Source of the DNA: Squalus acanthias
Lineage: Eukaryota
DNA length: 64,000 bases
NCBI GenBank assembly: GCA_030390025.1
Contig: CM059432.1
Span: 145,516,001 to 145,580,000, forward strand
Reading direction: 5' to 3'
The notes under the pieces were generated by a model. That model worked only from the letters and a program-made list of their open reading frames with translations, was not told the DNA's origin and made no database searches. The translations under genes were made by a program, and so were the position numbers. Within the stretch, counting starts at the first letter, position 1. Every line of letters starts with the position of its first letter. Positions 1 to 13,300 of the stretch are shown piece after piece.

Positions 1-240
1 AGTCGGTGATGGGTGAGTGGAATGGAATGCAGACAATGGAATTTTAGGCAAGCGGAGCTTTGGTGTCTCGAAAGGAAGGCACCGGAGAAGCCATATTTAG
101 AGGTAACAAAAGTATGGATGAGGGTTTTGGCAGAGGTGGGCACTGTTGCAAGTTGAAAGTGAGCAGTCTTGGTAATAGATATGGTATGGGGTTTGAAGCT
201 CATCTCTGAAAACATTATACTGAGGTCATGTTGTCTAGTA
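1..240 (-). mobile_element. L2-type LINE fragment
   Basis: Similar to the L2-like segment at 63700-64000 (shared tagaggtaacaaa..gatgagggttt). Confidence 0.55.
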
Positions 241-338
241 CAGCCTAAGTGAGCAGCCCGGAAGAAGGATAGAGTTAATATTAACTCTGCCTTCTACTGA
301 AATTCAAGAGCTAGGTTTTTGTCTTTTTTTCTCCACAG

Positions 339-410
339 AAATTTGAAGATTTGCAAGAGGACAAACAAGCTGTGGAGTTTCAGCAAAGAATCATAGATAT
401 TTTGCTTAAG
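339..410 (+). pseudogene. VPS8: VPS8-like exon (KFEDLQEDKQAVEFQQRIIDILLK)
   Basis: Pyrimidine tract + CAG acceptor, GTAAGC donor, 72 nt open; resembles recalled vertebrate VPS8 segment TFEDFKNDKQAVEYQQRIVDILLK. Confidence 0.9.
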
Positions 411-419
411 GTAAGCAAG

Positions 420-860
420 AATAAACTTGCATTTATGGCGTCTTTCACATCCTCAGATGTCCCAAAACACTTCACAGCCAATTAAGTACTTTGAAGTGTA
501 GTCACTGTTGTAACGTAGGAAACACAGCAGCCAATTTGCACATAGTAAGGCCCCACAAACATCAATGAAATGAATGGCCAGATAATCTCTTGGTGATGGT
601 TAGGATTGGTTGACAGATAAATGTTGGCCAGGACACCAGGAGAACTCTCTGGCTCCTCTTCGAATAATGCCATTTCCACCTGAAAGGGGCTTCCGTTTAA
701 GTTCTCATCTGAAGGATGGCTCCTCCGACAGTGCAGCTCTCCCTCAGTACTGCACTTAAACATGCACTTAGATTATGTGCTCAAGTCTATGGAGTGGGGT
801 GGGGCTTGAACCCATGACCTTCTGACTGAGGGGAGCTGCTACCACTGAGCCAAGGTCGAC
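420..860 (-). mobile_element. tRNA-headed Deu-domain SINE (SacSINE1/AmnSINE-like)
   Basis: Reverse complement of the 3565-3910 repeat; tRNA-like head around 800-860. Confidence 0.65.
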
Positions 861-1299
861 AGCACATAATCAATCAAAAGTGTACTGAATTGCAATGTCA
901 AACTCTTTGAAACAACATTTATGTCGCAACTGGATTTATAATTTTAATTAGGTTCTGTAATTTAAGAATTTTGCTATAAAGTAGCTGTAGTTCCACAATG
1001 ACTCAATCTAAGCAACTAGGGATTAAATTGTATCACATTGGGCAAACACAGAGATCAGATAGTCATGGCAACTGAGCATTTACTTGTTGTATGAGAGGAA
1101 TGTTTGATACTGCAGTAACCGCAACAAGCTATGTTGAATGGTAAGATTTAAATTGTGCAGTGCTAAAATGCCATTCTTTGTTTCCCAGCATAAATGTTTG
1201 TAAAGTATACTGTAACTAAACCTGTAAAATGCCTGACCACGCTTCAGGTTATTTACAGTGCGCAATTAAATTTATCAAATTGGGTGTTAGTATTCAAAA

Positions 1300-2398
1300 A
1301 TGCTTCTTGCTGTAATGTTCATTGACCACTTTGACACTCCTGCTGAAATTCTTCTACCACATTAGAGGCTCTTCAGACACTCAACAACCACAAACGGGCT
1401 AGTACCCTAAATCAACAGAGTCCACCTTCTGTACTGTATCCCTGCTTGATATAGATTTCAAGATCCTGCCCACTGCACTGGAAAGTCATTCCCTAGATTA
1501 CTGTATGCTTTAAACAGGGTTGCCATTCAAGAGATGACACCAGGCTTCTTCTCAATGTGGTACAAATCTTCTGGCCTAGTACTCTCCCTGCAGGTAGAGG
1601 AAATATTCAGTTGGGTGGAGTGGGAATTTCTGCTCGCTGTTCTCTCAAATAGGACATCCAGGAAGTGATTAAAATCCTGTATTCCAATGCCACAACCATA
1701 GTGTGCACCAACAGCCTCAGTCCTCTTGTATTGCTTATTCGACAAGGAATCAGACAAGGTTATCTCGAGTCCCCTTCATATTTACCCTAGCCATTGAGAC
1801 ATTGGCAGTAGTAAATAGTGAGATCATATTCTTGGAGTAGAGGCTGAAGGAGCTGAAAACAAAATGATGTAGGTTGATACTTTACCTAACTTTCCCCCTC
1901 CCGCCTTATCATTTAGAACATCAAGGAGTGCTGCTGGCTCTCTGAACATCAGCTTAACAGTTCCAAAAGGGGATTTGTCCCTCATACAGAATATCCCAAC
2001 ACATGTCTACAAATCTTATCGTGTTGCACAGTCAGGGTTAGTTTCAATTAGGGATAATAGTAACTCCCAAGCTCACTGACCTGTAAAAAGGATTTTAACC
2101 CTCTTCCTTCTCCTAGCTCCAAAAAATCTGGCCAGCATATATGCTGATTTGGGCAGGCAGAATAACATTTTCATCTAGCTCTTGTAAGGGGCAAACCATA
2201 AAAATGGATGTGTTCCCCTGCCTCTACCTGTTTCAGACCGTACCAGCCAGGCCCTTGCCCAGCAGTTCAGGACATCACTAGGCACAACTCCAGGTTTTTA
2301 TAGATAAGCAGGAAACATTGAATGTCTCAAATGCCCAGAGTTCCCCAAATATAAATGGCTTTGCTCTCCAAATCCCATACTCCAACGTGGAGAATCAT
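1300..2398 (+). mobile_element. Highly decayed L1/Tx1-type LINE RT remnant, continuing after the Penelope insertion
   Basis: 1741-1810 reads as a degenerate RG.RQG..SP..FTLAIE.LA motif; boundaries approximate. Confidence 0.5.
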
Positions 2399-3156
2399 AA
2401 ATGAGAAGTCGCACAACACCAGGTTGTCTATCTCATACGTTGCAGGAAAGGATGCACCGCAGTATGGTACATCGGCGAGACCATGCAGACACTGCGACAA
2501 CGTATGAACGGACACCGCGCAACAATCGCCAGGCAGGATTGTTACCTCCCAGTCGGGGAACACTTCAGCAGTCAAGGACATTCAGCCTCGGATCTGCGGG
2601 TAAGCGTTCTCCAAGGCGGCCTTCGAGACACACGACAACGCAAATTCATCGAGCAGAAACTGATAGCCAAGTGTCGCACCCATGAGGACGGCCTCAACCG
2701 GGATCTTGGTTTCATGTCACGCTACATGACGTAGAGTCATCCAGACTCGAGTCGTCGTTGGCTTATTCACAGATGTGATTTCCAGTTTTAAAAAAAAGTA
2801 AAAAGCTTAACCATACAGACTGCAGCATTTGACACGTTGGACCCCCTGTGACCCCACCTCATTGTCTTAGCTGTATTTTGCTGTGTCTTTGATGTAATGC
2901 CTTCCTGACTGGCCTGATTGTATCTCTGCCGAGGTGTGATGGAGGGCAGTCAGAAAGATTTACTGTAGTCGTCTGACATTGTACGCTACACATTGTTCTC
3001 TGTCTATATATGCTTTGCTGATTTGTATTCCTTCACTTTACCTGACGAAGGAGCAGCGCTCCGAAAGCTCGTGATTTCAAATAAAACTGTTGGACTATAA
3101 CCTGGTGTTGTGCGACTTCTCATTTTTGTCCACCCCAGTCCGGCATCTCCGCATCC
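2399..3156 (+). mobile_element. Penelope-like element 3' fragment (GIY-YIG endonuclease end)
   Basis: YIGETMQTLRQRMNGHR...PVGEHF...EQKLIAK..TH.DGLNRD; flanked by 11-bp direct repeat TGGAGAATCAT (2388-2398, 3157-3167); 2399-2425 is an inverted copy of 3098-3124. Confidence 0.85.
3033..3074 (+). ncRNA. Minimal type I hammerhead ribozyme motif in Penelope 3' region
   Basis: TCAC..CTGACGA-A-GGAGC(AGC)GCTCC-GAAA-GCTC-GTGA: both core boxes, perfect stem II, TCAC/GTGA stem I. Confidence 0.7.
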
Positions 3157-3564
3157 TGGAGAATCATGATATGGAACCTGACCTCCAAACACAATGCATT
3201 GCTGGGCTTGCAGATCAGGACCTCCCAGCCAGCCACTTTGAAAGGGCTGCCAGGAGAGGGCGCCAAGGATCCATTAACAGCTATAGTAACAACAAGACTG
3301 TCGGCCTCTAAAGAGTTTCTTTAAAATACTTTTGGGCTTGCTGACCTTCTCTCCAACCTGCAGCAATAGGAAATTAGCACAGGCAGGTTCCAAACGGTGC
3401 ATGAGAGAGGTTTAAAATGGATGGGCAGGGCCAGACTATGCCATTCCAGTCATCTCAATCAGCATGACAGATACTGACCTGGACTGCTTATTAGTTCTGC
3501 CCATCTGAGATCCCTTCCCTGACAGCAAGTAGACTAGCTGTTACATCTAGCAGCCACTGGCTGA

Positions 3565-3912
3565 CACTCCAGTGCAGTGCTGAGGGAGTGCTGCACTGTT
3601 GGAGGTGCCGTCTTTCGGATGAGACGTTAAATCGAGGTCCCGTCTGTTTTCTCATGTGGACGTAAAAGATCCCATGGCACTATTTCGAAGAAGAGTAGGG
3701 GAGTTATCCCCGGTGTCCTGGCCAATATCACTAAAACAGATTATCTGGTCATTTTCACATTGCTGTTTGTGGGAGCTTGCTGTGCGCAAATTGGCTGCCG
3801 CGTTTCCCACATTACAACAGTGACTCCACTTCAAAAGTACTTCATTGGCTGTAAAGCGCTTTGAGACGTCCGGTGGTCGTGAAAGGTGCTATATAAATGC
3901 AAGTCTTTCTTT
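3565..3912 (+). mobile_element. Deu-domain SINE (SacSINE1/AmnSINE-like)
   Basis: Contains GGTGCCGTCTTTCGGATGAGACGTTAAA..AAAAGATCCCATGGCACTATTT core; related copies at ~15510, ~21200, ~31130, ~46280, ~55700, ~61000. Confidence 0.7.
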
Positions 3913-4000
3913 ATTTATGGCAACATGCAACCTTCTCTGCATGGGTGAATATTTGGAAATATGTCAGTTACAAAGCATTTTGTCTAAACACTGCCTGGAG

Positions 4001-4443
4001 ATAGAAACATAGAAACATAGAAACATAGAATCTAGGAGCAGGAGTAGGCCATTCGGCCCGTCGAGCCTGCTCCGCCATTCAATACGATCATGGCTGATCA
4101 TCAAAATCCAGTACCCTGTCCCTGCTTTAATCCCCACAGTACACATATCCCACCCTACCCCCGTAACCCCACGTATTTAATTCCCCCTAACATATCCCAT
4201 CCTATCCCCATAACCCCACATATTTAATCCCCCCTAACACTAAGGGTCAATTTATCATAGCCAAATCAACCTAACCCACACATTTTTGGACTGTGGGAGG
4301 AAACCGGAGCACCCGGAGGAAACCCACGCAGACACGGGGAGAATGTGCAAACTCCACACAGACAGTCACCCGAGGTCAGATTCGAACCCGGGTCTCTGGC
4401 GCTGTGAGGCACCAGTGCTAACCACTATGCCACCGTGTTGCCC
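4001..4443 (-). mobile_element. HE1/V-SINE-like tRNA SINE with CR1-derived (ATAGAAAC)n tail
   Basis: tRNA-like head at 4375-4443; V-domain-like GGAGGAAACCGGAGCACCCGGAGGAAACCCACGCAGACACGGGGAGAA; CR1-type 3' tail. Confidence 0.75.
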
Positions 4444-4832
4444 AGATACCAGGCAGTCTTGGAGCCCTTTGGTAGCCTACGTGATCCAGAGATACCACAT
4501 ATACACACGCATGCATACATACATGCATACACTATTCATGAAGGTAAGTATGAGACCAATTGGAATGGCACCACAAAGTAATAACTAATCTCTTAAAGGG
4601 CAATAATCCTGCAAGATCTCCTCCATGTAGACAGGATCAGTGGTCTTCCTTAATCCAGGAGCCGTTGCCAAGGTTGTTACCCAAAACAGCGCATCGTTTC
4701 CAGGTGAGTACAACTGTACTGATGACCCCAGCATGCTTGTAGGCACTGTATATATCTAAAAAGTTCAGTAACTTTATAATGGGTTTTTGTCACATGCACA
4801 GCACATTTATCAGTTGCTTTTCTCTCTTTTAG

Positions 4833-4954
4833 GTGATGATGGTGGAGGGAGCAGAATTTGCACCTTCCCAGATTGCTTGTATCTTCACTTTATTGGCACG
4901 TCAGCCAGCCAGAGCTGAGAGCTTGCTGTTTGTAAACAGGTGGCTCTTTGTCAG
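4833..4954 (+). pseudogene. VPS8: VPS8-like exon (VMMVEGAEFAPSQIACIFTLLARQPARAESLLFVNRWLF), 122 nt, apparent 1-nt loss at the 3' end
   Basis: TTTTAG acceptor, GTGAGG donor; resembles recalled VMVENSDFTPSQVGCLFTFLARQLAKPDNTLFVNRTLFDQ; ends TTT GTC AG where TTT GAT CAG is expected. Confidence 0.88.
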
Positions 4955-5531
4955 GTGAGGAAGCTTTAATGAGCAAAAACTCAACAAAATCCTCAAGGCT
5001 TGTAACTTCAAAGGACTTATCATTGAAGACTATTCAAATGACTCAAAAGAATAAGTAATTGACTTAAAAAAAAACTGGAACTGATGCCATGCATTATAAC
5101 AATGTGCTTTAGAACAAATGAATGAAAACCTGACCTTGATGGGATCTTTTTGTTCCACTTTCCCAAATCTGTATTTGTGTCTGAAACAAAACCTATCTGA
5201 ATGACATTATCCTAAATTTCTGTTTATGCTATTTTGTTAGTTTTTTTGAGTTGTTTTGCCTTTTTCAAGGTAAAAGGATGTTAGTGCTCAAGAATGAAAC
5301 ATTCTTCTCTACTTTGGGAAAATAGTGTCAGTACCAGTGTGTGTTTCTGTTTCCTGCATCTGTCCATTTATGGGCCTCTTGCAGTCTAACACCCATTGTT
5401 GTAAGTGTAGGCAGTTTCCTGCTGTAGATTTAATAAGGTTATGCTTGGATTGCCAAGATCATTTCATGTTTCTGCTTTCTTTTATTTGTTAAGTTTGACA
5501 AGTCTATCATATTAACATTTTAACACTGAGA

Positions 5532-6826
5532 TCATAGAATCATAGAATGGTTACAGCACAGAAGGAGGCCATTTGGCCCGTCGAGCCCATGCCAGCTCTC
5601 TGCAAGAGCACTTTAGCTAGTCCCACTCCCCTGTCCTTTCCCCGTAGCCCTGCAAATTTTTTTCCTTCAGGTACTTATCCAATTCCCTTTTGAAAGCCAC
5701 GATTGAATTTGCCACCACTATCTTTCAGACAGTGCATTTCAAATCATAACCACTGGCTGAGTAAAAATTTTTTTCCTCATGTCGCCTTTGGTTCTTCTGC
5801 CAATCACCTTAAATCTGTGTCCTCTGGTTCTCGACCATTCCGCCAATGGGAACAGTTTCTCTATAGCTACTCTGTCTAGACCCCTCATGATTTTGAACAC
5901 CTCTATCGAATCTCCTCTCAACCTTCTCTGCTCTAAGGAGAACAACCCCAGCTTCTCCAGTCTATCCATTAAACTGAAGTCCCTCATCCCTGGAACCATT
6001 CTTTTAAATCTTTTCTGCACCCTCTCTAAGGCCTTCACATCCTTCCTAAAGTGCAGTGCTCAGAATTGGACACAATACTCCAGCTGAGATTGGACCAGTG
6101 TTTTATAAATAGGTTCATCATAATTTCCTTGCTTTTGTACTCTATGAAGCCCAGGATCCCGTATGCTTTTTTAACTGCTTTCTCAACCTGTCCTGCCGCC
6201 TTCAATGATTTGTGCACTTATACCCCAGATCTCTCTGTTCCTGCACCCCCTTTAGAATTGTACCCTTAAGTTTATATTGCCTCTCCTCATTCTTCCTACC
6301 AAAATGTATCACTTTTCTGCGTCAAATTTCATCTGCCACGTGTCCGCCTATTACACCAGCCTGTTTATGTCCTCTTGAAATCCATCACTATTCTCCTCAC
6401 TGTTTACTGTACTCCCAAGTTTTGTGTCATCTGCAAATTTTGAAATTGTGCCCTGTACCTCCAAGTCCAAGTCATTAATATATATCAAGAAAAGCAGTGG
6501 TCCTCGTACCGACCCCTGGGGAACACCACTGTTCTTCCTCCAGTCCGAAAAACAACCGTTCACCACTACTCTCTGCTTCCTGTCACTTAGCCAATTTCGT
6601 ATCGATGCTTGCACATTCCCTTTTATTCCATGGGCTTCAACGTTGCTGGCAAGCCTATTATGTGACACTTTATCAAACGCCTTTTGGAAGTCCTTGTACA
6701 CCACATCAACTACATTGCCCTCATCAACCCTCTCTGTTACCTCATCAAAAAACTCAATCAAGTTAGTTTAACACGATTTGCCTTTTACAAATCCGTGCTG
6801 GCTTTCCTTAATTAATCTACACTTGA
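5532..6826 (-). mobile_element. CR1 LINE 3' part (RT, frameshifted)
   Basis: DFQKAFDKV, SGVPQGSV, KFADDTK, LEQRRLRGD motifs; (ATCATAGA)n tail. Confidence 0.9.
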
Positions 6827-7229
6827 ATGAGTGAAATCTTCTTTTGAGTTTGATTTAATTCCCTAAGCTAGAAATGAAAAGTGCAACTTGCTTCTATATG
6901 CCAGCATGTATGTCAGCCACAGTTTTTTTAATAGTAAAGCCCCAACAATCCATTACTGGATTGTTGTTGTCACCCACCAAAAAAAACCCAGTCCACTTAC
7001 TTTTACAAAGTATTACAAAGTATTTACAGCACAGAATCAGGCCATTCAGCCCAGCAGGTCCGTGCCGGTGTTTATGCTCCACACGAGCCTCCTCCTACCC
7101 CTCTTCATCTCACCCCATCAACGAAAGTAGAAGAGTTAGATTTAGAAAAATGGCAAATGTAATTGCAAAGCCAGTTATGTGTGTGAAGTGCATGATGTGA
7201 GGAAGCAGCATGCTATAGATAGAGCTAAG

Positions 7230-7900
7230 TGATCCCACAATCAGTGGATCAGGTCAAAGCTCTGCAACCTTGCCTCATCTAGTTGCGAATGGTGGTGAGC
7301 AATTAAGCAAATAATGGGAGGAGGAGACTGCATGAACATTGCCAACCTCAATGACTGCGGAGCCCAACATGTGAGAGCAGGCTGAAATGTTCACAACCAT
7401 GTTCCAAGTGGATAATGCTTCTCAGTCTCCTCCTGAGGTCCCCACCATCACAGATGCCAGTCTTCAGCCAATTCAATTCACTCCATGTGACCAAGAAACA
7501 GCTGAGTGCACTGAACACAGCAAGGCTATGGGTCCCGACAAAATCCCAACTATAGTGCTGAAGACCTGTGCTCCAGAACTAGCCGTACCCCTAGCCATGC
7601 TGTGACAATGTGAAAAATTGCCCAGGGCATGTCCTGTCCACAAAAAGCATGACAAATCCAATCCAGCCAATTAGTACCCTATCAGCCGACACTCAATCAT
7701 CATCAGCAAAATGATGGAAGGAGTTGTCAACAGTTCTATGAAGTGGCACTTATTCACCAATAACCTGCTCACTGATGCTCAGTTTGGGTTCTGCCAGGAC
7801 CACTTGGCTGTGGACCTCATTACAGCCTTGGTCCAAACATGGACAAAAGAGTTGAATTCCAGAGGTGACTGTCCTTGACATCAAGGCAGCATGTGACCGT
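7230..7900 (+). mobile_element. CR1-clade LINE fragment (same family as 32495-34170)
   Basis: KAMGPDKIP.IVLKTCAPELA; DIKAA.DR motifs. Confidence 0.8.
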
Positions 7901-8109
7901 TCCAGGCCAGCACAAGAAATCCCAACCAATAACAAGCATGCTCCAACAGGGCACATCATGGCAAAAGGCAAGCAACATCCAACCACGTTCAGGATGAAGA
8001 GCAGGGACAGGTCTCCATGCAACACAACATTCTCAGTAGTTACTGTGATGAAGTCAAAGTACCCCTCGCAACTGCTGGACAAAAACCTAGAAGCTGCACT
8101 AAAATGTTG

Positions 8110-9316
8110 GATATGAAATTAGCTAAGAGACGGAAAACAAAGAGTAGTGGTGAACAGTTGTTTTTCAGACTGGAGGGGTCATTATTAGTACCACTGCTCT
8201 TTTTGATGTATACTAATGATCTGAACTTGGGTATACAGGGCATAATTTCAAAGTTCGCAGATGACACAAAACTCGGAAATGTAGTGAACAGTGAGGAGGA
8301 TAGTAACAGACTTCAGGAGGACATAGACAGACTGTTGAAATGGACAGACACATGGCAGATGACAGAGAAATGTGAAGTGATTCATTTTGGCAGGAAGAAT
8401 GAGGAGAGGCAATATGAACTAAATGGTACAATTTTAAAGAGAATGCATAAACCGAGAGACCTAGAGGTGTATGTACACAAATCTTTGAAGGCGGCAGGAC
8501 AAGTTGAGAAGGCTGTTAAAGCATACGGAATCCTTGGCTTTATAAACAAAGGCGTAGAGTACAAAAGCAAGGAAGTTATGCTAAACCTTTTGGTTAGGTC
8601 GCAGGTGGAGTATTGTGTCCACTTCTCGGTACCGCACTGTAAGGTTCTTGATCTTGACACCAATTTCTTGGTTGCAAATAATCTTTATTGAGTTCGACCG
8701 AGTCTTGACTCACTCAATTTCTTAAAGAACAGTCAAACCGAGAAATAAACAATATTACCCGCTTTCGCTCTGGGTAGAGAACATAACCATCATTGATTCT
8801 TTTGTTCTTGTCTCTCTACGAATTGTGAAGCAAAGCTTAAGATCTTTATATTGCTCCAGTCACGTACATCGTCCTTGTAACCTTGATGATTCATTATGGC
8901 ATGATGGGGGTTGTTTTTCAGTTTCCTAACTGATTTATTGAACATTGTCTTGTTTTTTTGTGATATAGGCTACCCTCTTATTTGGGAGACCGTTTATCGT
9001 TTATTCATCGTTCCTTGGTAACAAAAGATCTCAAAATGAGGAGAAATATTTTTATGCAGCAAGTTGTTATGACCTGGAATACACTGCCTGAAAGGGTGGT
9101 GGAAGCAGATTCAATAGTAACTTTCAAAAGGGAATTGGATAAATACTTGAAGGGGAAAATTTTGCAGGGCGATAGTAACTTTCAAAAGGGAATTGGATAA
9201 ATACTTGAAGGGGAAAAATTTGCAGGGCGATGGGGAAAGAGCAGGGGAATTAGTAGCTGGCACAGGCACGATGGGCCGAATGGCCTACTTCTGTGTTGTA
9301 TCATTCAATGATTCTA
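8110..9316 (+). mobile_element. CR1 LINE 3' fragments, interrupted at ~8638-9030; 53-bp tandem duplication at 9113-9231
   Basis: KFADDTKLG..LQEDIDRL; WNTLPERVVEA. Confidence 0.8.
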
Positions 9317-10455
9317 CGTCCTGTGATTGATAAATTCATGTCAGAATTCCAAACTTTGGTGAAAGCAAAAGACATGCAAAGTTTTGCACTGAATAGTAGT
9401 AAATGTTCAGTAAATATACACATGAAGTACATTTGTGTGCAAGGCGTTTTCTACTAAGATTAGTGCATGTGGTTAAAATGTGTTGTAGCCACTCCTGTGG
9501 CTAGTCAGTGATTTCTAATGGGCAACATTGCAATAAAACATGTGATGTAGTCATTGCCTTCATGGCCAAACCAAGGCGTGGCCATCACCCCACGTTTGTG
9601 ATCTATCAACTCTAACCAGTTTGCCCCACACCAATCCAGAGTGGTGTCTCCCATTAAAATCGATGAAACTGCTCCATAATTCGGACTGTTCCATAACCTA
9701 CATCACAGCAGCAACTCACGGGGAATGCATATCTAAAACAGCAGGTCTCCAAGCTTGAAAACAATAAGAAAACAATTATATTAAAGTTAACCAATTTTGT
9801 AAATTTAACTTCAGAGAGATGGGTGACTTATTTGGAAAAGAATACAGTGTATGCCTCGGGGTTTCTTTCTGTCTAACATGAAATGTTCTGAGTGATTTAA
9901 CAGTAAGCAATTTCAAATGTTGGTCTTGGATGAAGAGTGTTGTTAAACTCGATTTGGTCCCTTTCTAGCCTCTGGATTTCCTATGTAATTCAGCCAATGG
10001 TTCACGATATGAAGAAAGTCAACAGATAATGGAATGAATATTGTTTTCTTGTTGCCATTATAAAGAGGGAAACTAACAGCCCAGAAATTGTGTCTTAAAG
10101 GAAAGTAACAGGACAGCACAATAGAGCCCAGTTCTGTCGAATACATGTACTTGCAGCAGGGGTCAATGGAAACTCATCAAGAGAAGGAACCTTGGCTATT
10201 TTTTCATTGCCCAACTGAGATTAGCTAACTTGGCACAGACAACGGATCAAACCTGGAATCATCTTGGTCTGTTATAGTTCAGCTACTCATTGACTTGACT
10301 ACCTGAATGATCAGGAGAATCCTCTAAATTCAAGCTGGCAGCCAGAAGTAATGCCACGGCTCAACTTTTTCTTTACAGAAAGCACAAGCATGGTGAATTT
10401 TAAATAATAACCTTCAACCTTAAGTGCCATCAGAATGGCTATTCTGCGTTGAAAT

Positions 10456-13300
10456 GAAATGAGTTCATGAATTCGCGCCAGTAGTGCTTCTCCGCCATGC
10501 TTTAGTGCCTCGGCGGGGATTCCATCTGCTCCTGAGGCCTTGTTGTTCTTCAGTTGTTGGATGGCCTTTTCAACCTCATGTCGGGCTGGGGTTGTGCTGA
10601 GATGGTGGCGGGTAGCATGCTGCGGGATGGAGTTGAGGATACTCGCGTCGAAGACAGAGTCGCGGTTAAGGAGATATTCGAAGTGCTCCTTCCAGCGGGC
10701 ACTGACTGCCTCTCTGTCCTTGATGAGTACCTCTCTGTTCTTGGCCCACAGTGGGGTAGGGCCTTGGGTGGTTGGGCTGTAGATGGTCTTGACTGCGCTA
10801 AAGAATCCACGCATGTCGTGATTGTCGGCTAGCTGCTGGATCTCCTGCGCTTTCTCCACCCACCATCTATTCTGTAGGTCGCGAGTTTTTTGTTGGACCT
10901 CGGCCTTCAGGCATCTGAAGAGCTGCTTTCTTGCTCTCGAGTTCTGTTGCTGTTTCCAGATCAGGAATGCCTTGCGCTTGCGGCTTATTAGCTCCTGGAT
11001 CTCCTGGTCGTTCTCGTCGAACCAGTCTTGGTGTTTCCTGGTCGAGTGACCGAGCGTCTCTTCACAGGTGCTAATTATGGAGGCCTTGCGTGCAGACCAG
11101 GCGCTGTGGGCACTATGTGTCTCTGCATCACTGGGAGTCGTCAGGTTGTTTGTGAGGGGCAGGCTGAATAGGGCTTTCTTAGCGGGGTCTTTGAGTGCTC
11201 CAGCGTTAATTTTCCTGCGGCATTGTTTCTGTTGCCGCCGCTGTTTTGGGGCTACATTGACAGAGATGACAGAGCGGATTAGGCGGTAGTCTGTCCAGCA
11301 GTCATCAGCTCCTGTCATGGCGCGAGTGATGCGGACGTCCTTGCGGTCCCTTGCTCGGACGATGACGTAGTCCAACAGATGCCAGTGCTTGGAGCGAGGG
11401 TGCTGCCATGAAGCCTTGTACTTGTCTCTCTGACTGAACAAGGTGTTGGTTATGACAAGGCCATGTTCTAAGCATTTCGACAGGAGGAGGGTACCGTTGG
11501 AGTTGGCTTTCCCTACCCCCTCTCTGCCGATCACACCTCCCCAGAGGTCTGTGTCCTTTCCAACTCTGGCGTTAAAGTCACCAAGGAGGATCAGCTTGTC
11601 GCCCATTGGGACTCGGGACAGGGATTGTTCGAGGCTCATTTCTCTTATCTGGAAGGAGGAGAGCATGCCAGGGGATCTCAGAGACGCCGTAATTGTAACC
11701 ATCTTCAAGAAAGGTGACAAGTCCGATTGCAGTAATTACAGAGGAGTTTCCCTGCTGTCTGCCACAGGGAAAGTCATCGCAAGAATCCTCCTCAATCGCC
11801 TTCTCCCAGTGGCTGAAGAGCTCCTCCCAGAGTCGCAATGCGGATTCTGCCCACTAAGGGGCACAATGGACATGATCTTCACCGCACGTCAATTACAAGA
11901 GAAATGCTGGGAACAGCACCAACCGCTGTACATGGCCTTCTTTGATCTCACAAAGGCCTTCGACACTGTCAACCGTGAGGGATTATGGAGTGTCCTCCTC
12001 AAATTCGGCTGCCCTCAAAAGTTTGCCACCATCCTCCGTCTGCTTCACGACGACATGCAAGCCGTGATCCTGACCAACGGTTCCACCACAGACCCAATTC
12101 ACGTACGAACCGGGGTCAAGCAAGGCTGTGTCATCGCACCAACGCTCTTCTCGATCTTCCTTGCTGCAATGCTCCATCTCACCCTCAGTAATCTCCCCAC
12201 TGGAGTGGAGCTAATTTACAGAACAAACGGGAAACTGTTCAACCTCCGTCGCCTCCAGTCCAGATCCAAGGTCGTCCATCCTCTGTCGTCTAATTACAGT
12301 ATGCAGAAGACGCTTGCGTCTGCGCTCACTCGGAGGTCGAACTCCAAACCATCGTCAACACCTTCACTGAAGCGTACGAGAGCATGGGCCTTACACTAAA
12401 CATCCGTAAGACAAAGGTCCTCTACCAACCTGCCCCCGCCACACAGTACTGCCCCCCGATTATCAAAATCCACGACAAGGCCTTGGACAACATGGACCAC
12501 TTTCCATACCTCGGAAGCCTACTGTCAACAAGGGCAGACGTCGACGACAAAGTCCAACACCGCCTTCAGTGTGCCAGTGCAGCCTTCGGTCGCCTGAGGA
12601 AGAGAGTGTTTGAAGACCAGGGCCTCAAACCTGGCACTAAGCTCATGGTCTACAGAGCAGCAGTGATACCCGCCCTGCTGTATGCCTCCGGGTCATGGAC
12701 CATGTACAGCAGGCACCTCAAAGCACTGGAGAGGTACCACCAACGCTGCCTCCGCAAGATCCTGCAAATCCATTGGCAGGATAGGCGCACCAACATCAGT
12801 GTTCTTGCTCAGGCCAACATCCCCAGCATCAAAGCTTTGACCACGCTCGATCAGCTCTGATGGACAGGTCACATTGTCTGCATGCCCGATACGAGACTCC
12901 CAAAACAAGCGCTCTACTCGGAGCTCCGACACGGCAAGAGAGCCCCAGGTGGGCAGAGGAAACGCTTCAAGGACACCCTCAAAGCTTCCTTGAAAAAGTG
13001 TAACATCCCCACCGACACCTGGGAATCCCTGGCCCAAGACCGCACAAAGTGGAGGAGAAGCATCCGGGAAGGCGCCGAACACCTCGAGTCTTTTCGCCGG
13101 GAGCAAGCGGAAGCCAAGTGCAGGCAGCTCAAGGATTGCACGTCAACCCAAGCACCCCACCCACCCGCCCCTTCAAGCACCGTCTGCCCCACCTGTGACA
13201 GAGACTGTAGGTCCCGCATTGGACTCATCAGTCACCTGCGAACTCATTTTTAATGTGGAAGCAAGTCATCCTCGGTTCCGAGGGACTGCCTAAGAAGAAG
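10456..13300 (+). mobile_element. RTE-clade LINE with inverted 5' segment (10456-11636 on -, 11635-13300 on +), (AAG)n tail
   Basis: EN/linker ORF on - (LLGDFNARVG...ARIHELIS); RT continues on + (LISLIWKEE, FFDLTKAFD, GVKQGC) to a C2H2-like end CPTCDRDCRSRIGLISHLRTHF. Confidence 0.92.

Noticed and set aside
4375..4443. tRNA gene
   Set aside because: It is the tRNA-derived head of a SINE, contiguous with the SINE body and tail.
8638..9030. Possible LTR fragment interrupting CR1
   Set aside because: TG/CA-like ends but no TSD, and flanking CR1 sequence is deleted; left unclassified.
10311..12399. Long overlapping ORFs (469 aa - and 318 aa +) as novel genes
   Set aside because: Both are read-throughs across the RTE inversion junction.
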